Part shown: in pieces, positions 40,165-49,293 of the stretch | How the letters are laid out: each line of letters begins with the position of its first letter | Position numbering within the stretch: position 1 is the first letter of the stretch | NCBI GenBank assembly: GCA_965661885.1 | Contig: CBFIFN010000002.1 | Coordinates: forward strand, 1-50,920 | DNA length: 50,920 nt | DNA from: an uncultured Burkholderiales bacterium | Lineage (GTDB): Bacteria; Pseudomonadota; Gammaproteobacteria; Burkholderiales; Eutrophovitaceae | Reading direction: 5' to 3' | Notes under the pieces: generated by a model | Told to the model about the DNA's origin: nothing | What the model saw: the letters and a program-made list of their open reading frames with translations, nothing else | The model's database searches: none | Made by a program: the position numbers and the translations under genes

Positions 40165-40608
40165 TCACTGGCTTTCCATCTTAATTTTTCGAGCTCTCTC
40201 CATGGCTTCCGCAGCCTCTGGTGGCATGTAGTTTTCATCATGTTTAGCTAATACCTGATCGGCCACAAAAACTCCGCCTGCATTCAAGCGGCCCTGAGCA
40301 ACCACACCTTTACCCTCTTGAAATAAATCTGGCAATATCCCCGTATATTGCACGGGCACGTTTTCGATTGAGTCGGTTACTTCGAACTGGACGGTTATAC
40401 CGTCGTTCCGTCTCTGGAGACTGTCTTCTAAAACCATGCCCCCTATACGAAAGGCCTGTCCGTCGGGAACTTTTCCAGCGAAGACCTCTGTTGGCGTATA
40501 AAAAAAGACTAGGTTGCTGCGAAACGCTTTCAATACAAATGAAGCTCCCACTCCGATCAGTGCGAGGGCCAGCAACACTAAAATTAAGCGTTTATGACGT
40601 GGTTTCAT
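40165..40608 (-). CDS. ccmE: Heme chaperone CcmE
   Basis: 147 aa. N-terminal anchor and heme-binding His in [12 protein letters not shown]. Confidence 0.95.
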   Translation of the reverse strand: MKPRHKRLILVLLALALIGVGASFVLKAFRSNLVFFYTPTEVFAGKVPDGQAFRIGGMVLEDSLQRRNDGITVQFEVTDSIENVPVQYTGILPDLFQEGKGVVAQGRLNAGGVFVADQVLAKHDENYMPPEAAEAMERARKIKMESQ

Positions 40609-40664
40609 TGTGCTTTCCCGACGATTTAACCATCATATTGACACGCATTCAGACCATGAGTTCA

Positions 40665-40787
40665 TCAATTTTTTCGAAGACTAAGAAGTTCGATCAAGAT
40701 GCACAACCCAGTTACGAGATAAGAACCCCAAACGTACAACCCATAGCCGCCCATGGCCAAAAATTCCGAAAAACTACCCCACTGCAT
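40665..40787 (-). CDS. ccmD: Heme exporter protein CcmD (40 aa; not in the supplied ORF track)
   Basis: Hand translation gives MQWGSFSEFLAMGGYGLYVWGSYLVTGLCILIELLSLRKN*. The ATG directly follows the ccmC TAA stop (40788-40790). It has the GGYxxYVW plus single TM plus basic tail pattern of CcmD and sits in the canonical position between ccmC and ccmE. Confidence 0.75.
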   Translation of the reverse strand: MQWGSFSEFLAMGGYGLYVWGSYLVTGLCILIELLSLRKN

Positions 40788-41519
40788 TTACCTCGCCCCT
40801 TTAGATTCATTCAACCAACCGGTATTACTCTCTCTATCTCTGATTATTTTTCTTACCCTAATAAGGGATACCGCTATCGAGTACATCCAGAACGCGAGCG
40901 CCATGACCAACATGCCGATTAACATACTCGACGCCATACTCGGAGATTTTGTAAAACTCACCGAGGCGCCTTGATGGAGAGTGTTCCACCATTGGACTGA
41001 AAAATAAATAATAGGAACATTCACGACTCCGACAAGCGCCAAAATAGCTGAAGCCTTGTCGCCTCGTCTCGGATCCTCAATGGATGAGCGGAGTGCCATG
41101 TAGCCTATGTACAAGAAAAGCAAAATGAGCTCTGACGTGAGCCGAGCATCCCATACCCACCAAGCCCCCCAAGTAGGCCGGCCCCAGAGTGCACCGGTCC
41201 ATAACGCGATGAAAGTCATCATCGCACCTGTTGGCGCGAGTGCGTGCGCCATCATCGACGAGAGTCGCGTATTCATAACTAAACCAATCGCCGCCCAAAA
41301 GGACATCATCAAGTAGATAAACATTGACATCCACGCAGCAGGCACATGAATGAAGATGATTCGATACGATTCCCCTTGCTGAAAATCTGTTGGCGCGACC
41401 AGGAAACCGATATACAGCCCCCAAATAGTTAGGCAAATCGCTAAAACAAAAAAAATTGAGGCCAGTTTTTTTGCTAGCGGGTAAAAATATTGCGGTGAAG
41501 AATACTTCCAGAAACTCAT
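40788..41519 (-). CDS. ccmC: Heme exporter protein CcmC
   Basis: 243 aa. WWD-type motif WGRPTWGAWWVWDARLTS. Polytopic membrane protein. Confidence 0.95.
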   Translation of the reverse strand: MSFWKYSSPQYFYPLAKKLASIFFVLAICLTIWGLYIGFLVAPTDFQQGESYRIIFIHVPAAWMSMFIYLMMSFWAAIGLVMNTRLSSMMAHALAPTGAMMTFIALWTGALWGRPTWGAWWVWDARLTSELILLFLYIGYMALRSSIEDPRRGDKASAILALVGVVNVPIIYFSVQWWNTLHQGASVSFTKSPSMASSMLIGMLVMALAFWMYSIAVSLIRVRKIIRDRESNTGWLNESKGAR

Positions 41520-41592
41520 AGGATTTTAAGTGTACCAAGCAACTCTTTGTCGACTGCGTAAATTAAATACCTTAACCATGTGGGTTAACCCA

Positions 41593-42267
41593 TTATTCTA
41601 AAGCAATTTTGATGGCACCAGCTATTGCCAGGGGTGCCAATGCCACCGATAAGCAGAGCATTGCAACCAAAATTGATATATGACCATCAATCGTGAGGCC
41701 TTGAAGGTCTGCTACGACTGCCCCAGCACCAAAAATTAAGATTGGCACGTAAAACGGAAGAATGAGTATGGATGTCAAGGCAGACCCACCCCGGACGCCA
41801 AGAGTCAATCCGGCGCCAATTGATCCGATCAACGACAGGACCGGAGTTCCTAACAACAGGGTTCCCAACAGAAGCAGTAAGCTTTGTGGCGGCAACCCAA
41901 ACTGGATTCCAATTAACGGTGCGACAATCACGACTGGCAATCCCGTTATCAACCAATGCGAGATGATTTTTGCGAGCACCAAAATAGTCAATGGCTCACC
42001 ACTTAATACCAAATGTTCAAGTGAACCATCATTATAGTCAGCCTCGAATACCCGGTGCAGTGCGAGTAGCGAACACAAAAGGGCCCCTACCCAAATAACT
42101 CCTGGGCCAATCAGCTTTAAGGTGCCGCTTTCAGGTCCAACAGCGAAGGGGAACAAGCTAGACACTATTAAAAAAAAGAATAAAACGGTGACTACATCTG
42201 TTTTTTGCCTTACGGCTAAAAGCAGCTCTTTACGAAGTAGTGACCAAAACGCGTTATTCACAATCAA
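41593..42267 (-). CDS. ccmB: Heme exporter permease CcmB
   Basis: 224 aa. Six hydrophobic segments. 4-nt overlap with ccmA. Confidence 0.9.
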   Translation of the reverse strand: MIVNNAFWSLLRKELLLAVRQKTDVVTVLFFFLIVSSLFPFAVGPESGTLKLIGPGVIWVGALLCSLLALHRVFEADYNDGSLEHLVLSGEPLTILVLAKIISHWLITGLPVVIVAPLIGIQFGLPPQSLLLLLGTLLLGTPVLSLIGSIGAGLTLGVRGGSALTSILILPFYVPILIFGAGAVVADLQGLTIDGHISILVAMLCLSVALAPLAIAGAIKIALE

Positions 42268-42878
42268 TCCAAACTCAGGCTATTTACATCGGGGATTACA
42301 TCTAGGTCTTGATGGGTAGTGAAAACGAGCAAGCCACCGAATTGAATATGCCGTTTGAGCTTTACCACTAGAGCCGAAACCGCTGTAACATCCAACGACG
42401 TAAATGGCTCATCAAGAATCCAAAGCGCCCTGTGTTTCATAAAGTCCGTTCGAGTTAGAGCGACTCGTCTTTTTTGTCCCGCGGACATATGCATCACGGC
42501 CCGATCTTTCACCGAATCGAGTCCAGCCTCTTCTAAAGCCGCCACCACTTCATTCGCACTAGGGCTAGTTCCGAGCAATGGCAACATGAGCCTTAAATTC
42601 TCGGTTGCAGTGAGCTGGTTTTTTAATCCGTCGTCATGCCCTAAGAAATTCACTGACCTCACGAAGTCACCGTAATTTGTTCTTATTGGCTCTCCACACC
42701 AAAGAATTTCACCCTCATCAGGTCTGGACAACCCCGCTAACAACCTGAGTAAGGTGGTCTTTCCTGAGCCGTTAGAGCCGGTCACACGCAGAGCGCTGCC
42801 TGGCTTTAACGAAAAGCTCAAAGACTTGAACAAGGTATTTTTGCCTCTAGCAAAACTCAATCCCTCTACCTCTAGCAT
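42264..42878 (-). CDS. ccmA: Heme exporter ATP-binding protein CcmA
   Basis: 204 aa. Walker A GSNGSGKTTLLR, signature MSAGQKRRVAL, Walker B WILDEPFTSLD. Confidence 0.9.
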   Translation of the reverse strand: MLEVEGLSFARGKNTLFKSLSFSLKPGSALRVTGSNGSGKTTLLRLLAGLSRPDEGEILWCGEPIRTNYGDFVRSVNFLGHDDGLKNQLTATENLRLMLPLLGTSPSANEVVAALEEAGLDSVKDRAVMHMSAGQKRRVALTRTDFMKHRALWILDEPFTSLDVTAVSALVVKLKRHIQFGGLLVFTTHQDLDVIPDVNSLSLD

Positions 42879-43194
42879 GGGCTGTCGACGTCGCCTCTGT
42901 AGAAAATCCCCAAGGACCTTTTTGAGTTTTCTTGAAATAGAACAAATTCAGCCAGTATGGGAAAAGCATCATGCGTTACAAGTCGGTACGAATTACTTGT
43001 GATTTCTACTCCACTGAGGAATTTGAGATTTTTTGACATCACGATTTTAAGTTTGAAACCCTCTTCTGACTGAGTTGGATGGCCTATTAACGTTGAATTC
43101 ATTTTAGAGACAAGGTTATCATTCTTTCTTATTATCGTGTTGTCTCAGTGACGTTTGATATTGTTAAGGGGACATTTTATTGGGAGCTGAATAC

Positions 43195-43830
43195 ATGCCG
43201 AATGTCACAATGTACTTTGATTTCATTTCACCCTACGCCTACCTGGCTTTTAAGAGAATCAATCGCAACATGAATCAAAAAATTGATTTCTCTTATCAAC
43301 CCGTTCTTTTTTCTGGTTTACTCAACCACTACGGCCAACTAGGCCCTGCCGAAATCCAGTACAAAAGGGAGTGGACCTTTTTACAAGCATTATGGGAAGG
43401 TAAAGAGGCCGGTATACCTATTCAATTGCCAGTTAGCCATCCTTTCAACCCCTTGAGCCTTCTGCGTCTCGCCATCGCCGAAACAGGTACAGGAAAAGCA
43501 ACTAAAGAGACTTGTGATCAAATTTTTGAATTCGTTTGGAATCGAGGTATCGATGTGTCGGACGTCAACGAATTCAACAACCTGAAAAGCTCAATCCCAA
43601 CAAAGCTCGACATAAATGATCCAATCGTTAAAGGCAAGCTAAGAAGTAACACGGAAGAGGCAATTGCCAATCATGTTTATGGCGTGCCATCCTTCCAGTA
43701 CAACGATAAAATATTCTGGGGTAATGATTCCCTTAAAATGCTTGAAGCTTACGTTGACGGCGACCCGTGGATTGACCAGAATTGGTCAAAACCAGATAAA
43801 GTAACCGTTGGGATCCGAAGAAAAAAATAA
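43195..43830 (+). CDS. 2-hydroxychromene-2-carboxylate isomerase-like DsbA-family protein
   Basis: N-terminal YFDFISPYAYLA motif typical of the HCCA-isomerase/DsbA-like family. The ATG at 43195 is preceded by GGGAG; the track uses the TTG at 43180. Confidence 0.8.
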   Translation: MPNVTMYFDFISPYAYLAFKRINRNMNQKIDFSYQPVLFSGLLNHYGQLGPAEIQYKREWTFLQALWEGKEAGIPIQLPVSHPFNPLSLLRLAIAETGTGKATKETCDQIFEFVWNRGIDVSDVNEFNNLKSSIPTKLDINDPIVKGKLRSNTEEAIANHVYGVPSFQYNDKIFWGNDSLKMLEAYVDGDPWIDQNWSKPDKVTVGIRRKK

Positions 43831-43861
43831 CCATATGTCAGTAAAAAAAGGATGCGAGGGT

Positions 43862-44641
43862 ATGTCAAAAGTTTGCTTAATTTTTGGTGCGGGCGCAGGA
43901 ATTGGCGTCGCTGTCGCAAAACGGTTCTCGGCAGAGGGTTATCACATCTGCTTAGTGCGGCGTAGTGACCAAACGGGCCTCGATCGTGCAGTTAAGGAAC
44001 TGTCAACAAATGGTCAAAAGGCATCAGGTTATATTCTTGATGTGACACTGCCCGATCAACTAGAGCTTTTAATCAAAAAGATTGAAAATGAAATCGGTGA
44101 AATTCATACGGCCGTTTATAACGTTGGGGCTCAAATTGGTGACCGCAGCCTAGACGACACTTCGCTTAAAGTGTTTGAGTTAGGTTGGAAGTTAGGGACT
44201 TTAGGATTATTCCGTGTCGCGAAGACCTTAATGCCCTACATGGTGAGTCGATCATATGGAAACCTTCTTGTTACGGGCGCAACCGCATCGGTCAGAGGTA
44301 ATGGTGGTCAGCACTCGCACGCCGCGACAATGGCAGCACGTCGAATGCTTTGCCAATCCTTAAATGCTGAGTTCGCATCAAAAGGCGTTCACGTAGCGCA
44401 CATTGTTATCGATGGACTAGTAGACGCGCCAGACACACTTGGTAAGATGCTCGGACCCGATGCTTTTGAGGCACTCAAACAGCGAAAAGGATACGAAAAA
44501 AATGGGTTACTACTTCCCGAAAAAATTGCCGACAGCTACTTCCACCTTGCCCATCAACATCCCTCCGCTTGGACTCACGAGTTAGACTTAAGACCATACT
44601 CAGCTCTAGCCTGGTGGAATCATCAAAAACTCGACCTTTGA
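43862..44641 (+). CDS. Atypical short-chain dehydrogenase/reductase family protein
   Basis: Rossmann motif FGAGAGIGVAVAKRF, then GATASVRG and VHVAHIVIDG. The start is ambiguous (ATG at 43835 or 43862; the track uses the TTG at 43808, which overlaps the upstream gene). Confidence 0.8.
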   Translation: MSKVCLIFGAGAGIGVAVAKRFSAEGYHICLVRRSDQTGLDRAVKELSTNGQKASGYILDVTLPDQLELLIKKIENEIGEIHTAVYNVGAQIGDRSLDDTSLKVFELGWKLGTLGLFRVAKTLMPYMVSRSYGNLLVTGATASVRGNGGQHSHAATMAARRMLCQSLNAEFASKGVHVAHIVIDGLVDAPDTLGKMLGPDAFEALKQRKGYEKNGLLLPEKIADSYFHLAHQHPSAWTHELDLRPYSALAWWNHQKLDL

Positions 44642-44765
44642 AACATGGGCGGAGATGATTGTGATTAAAGTCAGCACTAAAGCACACCTCACAGCCATCA
44701 CGACTGCCGCCAAGTCACTATTGGATAACGATTCGGTTTAATCCAACCGGTCAGGAGACAAACAT

Positions 44766-45953
44766 CTACACATTAAACTCATCCCTACACAATTTCGCTA
44801 GAATTTGAATACCCTCCTTGATTTCTTTAATTGACGGGTTTCCAAAACAAAGTCGTATTTTATGCTGGCCATTGGCATTAATAGACCACTCAGCCCCCGG
44901 ATTAACAGCTACTCCTTTTGTCAGAGCAAGCTCAGCTAAATGCGATGTATCCACATGATCGGGCAGATCAACCCAAATAAAAATTCCACCAGTCGGTCGC
45001 ATGTAGGTCGCGGATAAACCAAAGTGTTCATCGATTGCGTCGCACATTGCATCAGCTTTTTTCCCTAAAACTTGAGTCAATGCCGCGACGTGGTCGTCAA
45101 AGCTCTTCTCACAAAAAACTGCCAAGGACATTTGTTCCAAAGCTCCGGATCCTGCGTCAGTTTTATACGGCATGATTCTCGATAAAACCTCCCACTTTGC
45201 AACGAGATAGCCAACCCGAAGCGCCGGAGCTATCGATTTCGAAAATGACCCGCAGTAAATGACATAGCCTTCGGTATCAAACGATTTTATGGCTGGAGGT
45301 CTGTCACCCTCCCATATTAAATCGGCATAACAATCATCTTCGAAAATGGGAATGCCAAATTTTGAGGATAACGCCAATAGACGCTTCCGCTTCGCGACAG
45401 ACATCACCGTACCAGTCGGATTTTGAATAGTCGGAATCGTGTAAATATATCTCGGTTTTATGTTGTCACTGTCCAGGCGAACTAACGCGTTTTCAAGTTC
45501 GTCCATATTCATCCCATCCGCCTCCAGAGGAATACCCACCATGTTGATACCTAGGTTTTTGAGGCGAGTGATGGTCCCACCATAATTATCTTCTTCAATA
45601 ATGACCGTATCTCCTTTCTTGAGGAGAGTTCGGTTCACCAACTCAAGTGCTTGAAGGGACCCAGACAGCATTAGTATCTCTTTATCGGAGCATTCGATAC
45701 CCGCACGATTTTTTAATTTTTTAGTGATAAATTGCCGTAAGGGAAGATAGCCTTGAGGCCCACTCTCAAGTCCATATTTCGCTAGATCTCGCCCCTCTTT
45801 TAACAACACCTCTCCTACCGCCTCTTTTAGCTCGACGAACGGAATATTATCCGCCTCATTATGCCCGCCTACGAAATTGTATTTTGGGAATTCTGTCCAG
45901 ACACTGACTGGATCGGGCGACGCGGGGTGCAAGAAATTTTTAATATTAAACAA
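44766..45953 (-). CDS. PLP-dependent aminotransferase (class I/II fold, AAT_I-like)
   Basis: 395 aa. PLP-Lys motif SFSKSIAPALRVGY. Apparent TTG start at 45953, with no in-frame ATG nearby. Confidence 0.85.
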   Translation of the reverse strand: MFNIKNFLHPASPDPVSVWTEFPKYNFVGGHNEADNIPFVELKEAVGEVLLKEGRDLAKYGLESGPQGYLPLRQFITKKLKNRAGIECSDKEILMLSGSLQALELVNRTLLKKGDTVIIEEDNYGGTITRLKNLGINMVGIPLEADGMNMDELENALVRLDSDNIKPRYIYTIPTIQNPTGTVMSVAKRKRLLALSSKFGIPIFEDDCYADLIWEGDRPPAIKSFDTEGYVIYCGSFSKSIAPALRVGYLVAKWEVLSRIMPYKTDAGSGALEQMSLAVFCEKSFDDHVAALTQVLGKKADAMCDAIDEHFGLSATYMRPTGGIFIWVDLPDHVDTSHLAELALTKGVAVNPGAEWSINANGQHKIRLCFGNPSIKEIKEGIQILAKLCRDEFNV

Positions 45954-46072
45954 TTGATTTAGCCTTCATTAATGGTTTTTAACCTATTCTTAAAAAACAC
46001 CGTCACGGGACCATTGTGCGGTTGGGCCTTATTTCCAGATATCAAGTTTCAATCGATAACGATATTGTGGTG

Positions 46073-46270
46073 CTATTTTTTTCTAAGGCCCACCAAAATG
46101 AAAAATAAACCACCCGCACCTAAAAAAAGAGCCCCTAATAAGAAAAATATTGAAGTCAGCCCGCCCGTCGTACTGGTGACATAAGTCCCACCCAACATGA
46201 CAGACATACCCAATAAAATACAACCCCAAGACAAATAAAAACTCGAAGTGTTTATCGTTTTCTTTGTCAC
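46073..46270 (-). CDS. Small two-TM membrane protein (65 aa), function unknown
   Basis: GTG start at 46270, preceded by AAGAGGAA 7-8 nt upstream. Two Gly-rich hydrophobic helices and a C-terminal RKK. The overlapping plus-strand ORF 45972-46184 looks non-protein-like. Confidence 0.55.
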   Translation of the reverse strand: MTKKTINTSSFYLSWGCILLGMSVMLGGTYVTSTTGGLTSIFFLLGALFLGAGGLFFILVGLRKK

Positions 46271-46377
46271 AACTTATTCCTCTTAATTAATTTTGAATGC
46301 TTTACAAAACATTGACGTCATTCATGTTTACGTCGAGTTTAATTGAATTTAGCTGAACTGTAATAAACTTCCTGCAA

Positions 46378-48576
46378 TTAACATAAATGAGGTATCGAGA
46401 CTTCAAAGGTCACGCCATCGTCATTAGGTCGGTTACGCACAGCAACACTGCCCTCGTGGAATTGAGCCACTAGTTTCACTACATATAGCCCCTGTCCAAG
46501 ATGACTCTGATCGGAGACGTTCTTGATACGAGCGCGATCTGAAATCATAGAGTCAAAAATTTGTGCTTGGCTCTCAATCGGGATGATCGGACCTTGGTTC
46601 GTGACCTGAAGAAGGACATCATTACCGACAAGCGATAGTGCAATATCAATGGAGCTTTCAGGTATCGAAAATTCATTTGCATTTTCAATTAATTTATCCA
46701 ACATTTGTCGGAAAGCCTCTGCGGACCCGTTCACTCGCAAAGGGGATTCCGCAAATACCACTTTGAATTCCTGACTGTCGTACGCACTTCGGTATTCTTC
46801 GATGCTAACCGTAACAAGCTCACACAGATCAATTGCCTCTTTCTCCTCCGATGAGAATGAGGCTTCTAAGTCCGACGCCTCACTCATGCGCGTAACGAGA
46901 TTATCCAAACGACGAACACCATCAGCGGCTCGTTCTAAATACACCTGACCCTGCTCTATATCATCTGTTTTGCTAAACATTTCTAAAGAGCCCCGTGCTA
47001 TCGCAATTGGGGTTTTCAACTCGTGAGACAGGCGCCGTGAAAGATTCTCAAGATACTGTGTATAGTTTCTTACATCCACACTCACACTGGACAGGCTTCT
47101 CGACAGCATCCCAATCTCATCGCCCGATTCCTGTGGTTTAATCTGGCCCATGAACTTACCGTTCGCATCAAACGCATTTTGAGTCTGTTTGGCAAGATCC
47201 TCGAGGCGGTTCACTGCATTCCTAATAAGCAGATACTGTAAGACAACATAGCCTAAAAGGATCAGCAAAATAAACCCAATTAATAATTCAACAGTTTGGT
47301 AGCGCATCGCGAGCACCTTGTTCGTCGTTTCCTCGACAAACACTGCCCCTACCACTGCGTTTCCGACTTGAACCGGGGCGGCTGCACTGATTCTCCCACC
47401 TCCAGAACCGTTAGCCTCCTTGTAGAGTTGCGCATTCGAATCCCCTTCTAATGCAATATTAATTTCGTTGTTTTTTAGCTGCCAAGTACCGCTAGGTAAC
47501 TCTGCAAATTGATATGTTCCCGGATCAAGAAAAACATTCAATATTGGCCTCACTAACGGCGCCATCACCGATGCAAAGGCTTCGATAACGTTTACTCTTG
47601 AGGATGAGCGCTCAGCTCGGTCTCCGATTTGAGATATCGAACTATCTGACTTATCATTTTCATTATGCGCAATAATACGATGTTGGCTATCCACCACCCA
47701 AATTCGCGAGTCTGCTCGACCCACTTGTGCGATCACTCTGTTCACCTCAGGCGAGGGGAAAAATACTGGGCCGAGCGTCAATGGATCAGCTAAATTCTCA
47801 CAACTTCGAATAACCTCAATTTTTGGTTGCCCCAACATTCCAGCGACATTCATCACTCCTATTCCTAATGCCGGGCCTATGACCGAGCGATACATTTTTA
47901 TTTCAAGATCATACCCACCTGGCCGAGCCCGCACCTCTCCACGAATATCCCACTCTCGAACAATATTTCCCGCCTCATCTCGAAGAAGAAAGCCATCGTC
48001 AGTCAATACGTAAGCAGATAACTGCCCTGAATTATGCGGTTTAATCTGGAATTGACGAAATTGGCCGTCCACATCGACCGTAGATAACAGAATTTGATCA
48101 ACTGCTTCGTCACTAAGAGTTTCTTCAAATTCTCCAATTTCTTGCTCTGGGAAACGCTTGTAGGACGATTGCGCATCGACCGCGATTGCGAGATAGACTG
48201 ATTTATCATAACTGCCTATCCGATATCGAGCGGTGACACTGCGATCTAACGGATTCCCGAAACCATATTGAAGCGGTAAAGACTGACCTCCAAAGTCCTC
48301 CCACTCATCGAGTTTTCCATCGATTTCAGGCTTTAAAGGAAGCTGATTGATTGCAATATGGCTGGCTAAATCTGGTGCAAAAGGCGTCACCACATCACTC
48401 GTGAAAATAACTGGTCGATCACTGATCGCGACACTTAAGGCCTTTGCCGTTAAAAGAAGACCTTCTTTTTGTGCAACAAGCAGGTTTTCCATCAGAGCCT
48501 GCGCATAAAAAAAAGTAACCGTCGGCACCAGAGCCAACACTGACAAAGCAAGATAGAATTTTTTCTTAAGTCGCAC
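46378..48576 (-). CDS. psdS: Sensor histidine kinase with a roughly 400-aa periplasmic domain; probable proteobacterial dedicated sortase system kinase
   Basis: 732 aa. TM1 near residues 8-30 and TM2 LLIGFILLILLGYVVLQYLLI. H-box SHELKTPIAI, N-box LIENANEF and G-box GQGLYVV. GTG start. The psdS assignment rests on context (adjacent regulator and VIT-vWA gene) and on length. Confidence 0.8.
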   Translation of the reverse strand: MRLKKKFYLALSVLALVPTVTFFYAQALMENLLVAQKEGLLLTAKALSVAISDRPVIFTSDVVTPFAPDLASHIAINQLPLKPEIDGKLDEWEDFGGQSLPLQYGFGNPLDRSVTARYRIGSYDKSVYLAIAVDAQSSYKRFPEQEIGEFEETLSDEAVDQILLSTVDVDGQFRQFQIKPHNSGQLSAYVLTDDGFLLRDEAGNIVREWDIRGEVRARPGGYDLEIKMYRSVIGPALGIGVMNVAGMLGQPKIEVIRSCENLADPLTLGPVFFPSPEVNRVIAQVGRADSRIWVVDSQHRIIAHNENDKSDSSISQIGDRAERSSSRVNVIEAFASVMAPLVRPILNVFLDPGTYQFAELPSGTWQLKNNEINIALEGDSNAQLYKEANGSGGGRISAAAPVQVGNAVVGAVFVEETTNKVLAMRYQTVELLIGFILLILLGYVVLQYLLIRNAVNRLEDLAKQTQNAFDANGKFMGQIKPQESGDEIGMLSRSLSSVSVDVRNYTQYLENLSRRLSHELKTPIAIARGSLEMFSKTDDIEQGQVYLERAADGVRRLDNLVTRMSEASDLEASFSSEEKEAIDLCELVTVSIEEYRSAYDSQEFKVVFAESPLRVNGSAEAFRQMLDKLIENANEFSIPESSIDIALSLVGNDVLLQVTNQGPIIPIESQAQIFDSMISDRARIKNVSDQSHLGQGLYVVKLVAQFHEGSVAVRNRPNDDGVTFEVSIPHLC

Positions 48577-48597
48577 AGTTTTATGGCTTATTCTGCG

Positions 48598-49293
48598 TTA
48601 ACGATCTTTTTGCCAACGATAGCCGCGACCAAAATCTGTTTCTATGGCACCAAATGCATCATCTAGATGCTTAAACTTTTTACGGATTCTCTTTATGTTT
48701 GAAGTGACTGTGTTTCGGCTCACTTCAACGTCATGAATCATCAGCTGTCGATGAGCTTTAATTGCGCCGGGCAGTTCTACAAGTCGCTCAATAATCCAAT
48801 ACTCCCCGGGCGTAATATCCACAAACTCACCCTTCCAAGCCGCACGAGCTTCCTCCGGATAAATTTCCAAGGACCCGATACTTTTTTTCTGCCTATCCAC
48901 ACTTGGGGACTGTTGATCCATTTCGATACGACGAATAAGACTATTGATCACAGCGACGAGATAATCCATTGAGTGGTCCTTCGTACAATATTCATCCGCG
49001 CCTAGATTCAGTCCATAAATTTTGTCATCCTGCTCACCTCGAGCCGTCATCAAAATGATGGGCAATCGTTCTGTTTCAGGGTTCGACCTCAACTGTCGGC
49101 ATAACTGAAAACCTCCTTCATCCTCAAGCCCTAAACCAACATCAATAATGGCCAAGTCTGGAGTAGATTCCTCGATACCCATAAATGCCGACGCCCGATC
49201 GAGGTAATGTGACACCTTCCAGTCTGCTTTAGCAAACAGATCACTGTAATTTTGCGCAAGAATCACATCGTCTTCAACTAGAGCAATCCGCAT
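48598..49293 (-). CDS. psdR: OmpR/PhoB-type response regulator; probable proteobacterial dedicated sortase system regulator
   Basis: 231 aa. Receiver domain (EDD...AIIDVGL...MTA...K) and a winged-helix C-terminus ending GRGYRW. Perfect AGGAGG SD 7 nt upstream of the ATG at 49293. Confidence 0.85.
   Translation of the reverse strand: MRIALVEDDVILAQNYSDLFAKADWKVSHYLDRASAFMGIEESTPDLAIIDVGLGLEDEGGFQLCRQLRSNPETERLPIILMTARGEQDDKIYGLNLGADEYCTKDHSMDYLVAVINSLIRRIEMDQQSPSVDRQKKSIGSLEIYPEEARAAWKGEFVDITPGEYWIIERLVELPGAIKAHRQLMIHDVEVSRNTVTSNIKRIRKKFKHLDDAFGAIETDFGRGYRWQKDR

Noticed and set aside
40368-41538. 184-aa plus-strand ORF (40368-40922) and 153-aa minus-strand ORF (41077-41538) in the ccm region
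   Set aside because: They overlap ccmE, ccmD and ccmC, which have unmistakable motifs. They are alternative-frame or antisense artefacts with Arg/Ser/Pro-rich composition.
42872-43102. 76-aa minus-strand ORF upstream of and overlapping the ccmA start
   Set aside because: It has no SD before either candidate ATG, no recognisable motif or membrane/signal features, and it overlaps the ccmA start. I treat it as non-coding; see the finding on the long spacer.
45972-46184. 70-aa plus-strand ORF overlapping the small membrane protein gene
   Set aside because: It is Lys/Pro-rich and low-complexity, with no SD. The opposite-strand ORF has a strong SD and a coherent two-TM pattern.
46307-46329. Hairpin AAACAT-N11-ATGTTT with an internal TGACGTCA palindrome between psdS and the small ORF. 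A CGACGTCG palindrome also occurs at 42886-42893.
   Set aside because: The stem is a 6-bp AT-rich stem with an 11-nt loop and a poor U-tract, so it is not a convincing terminator. Two GACGTC-containing palindromes in 50 kb is within chance expectation.
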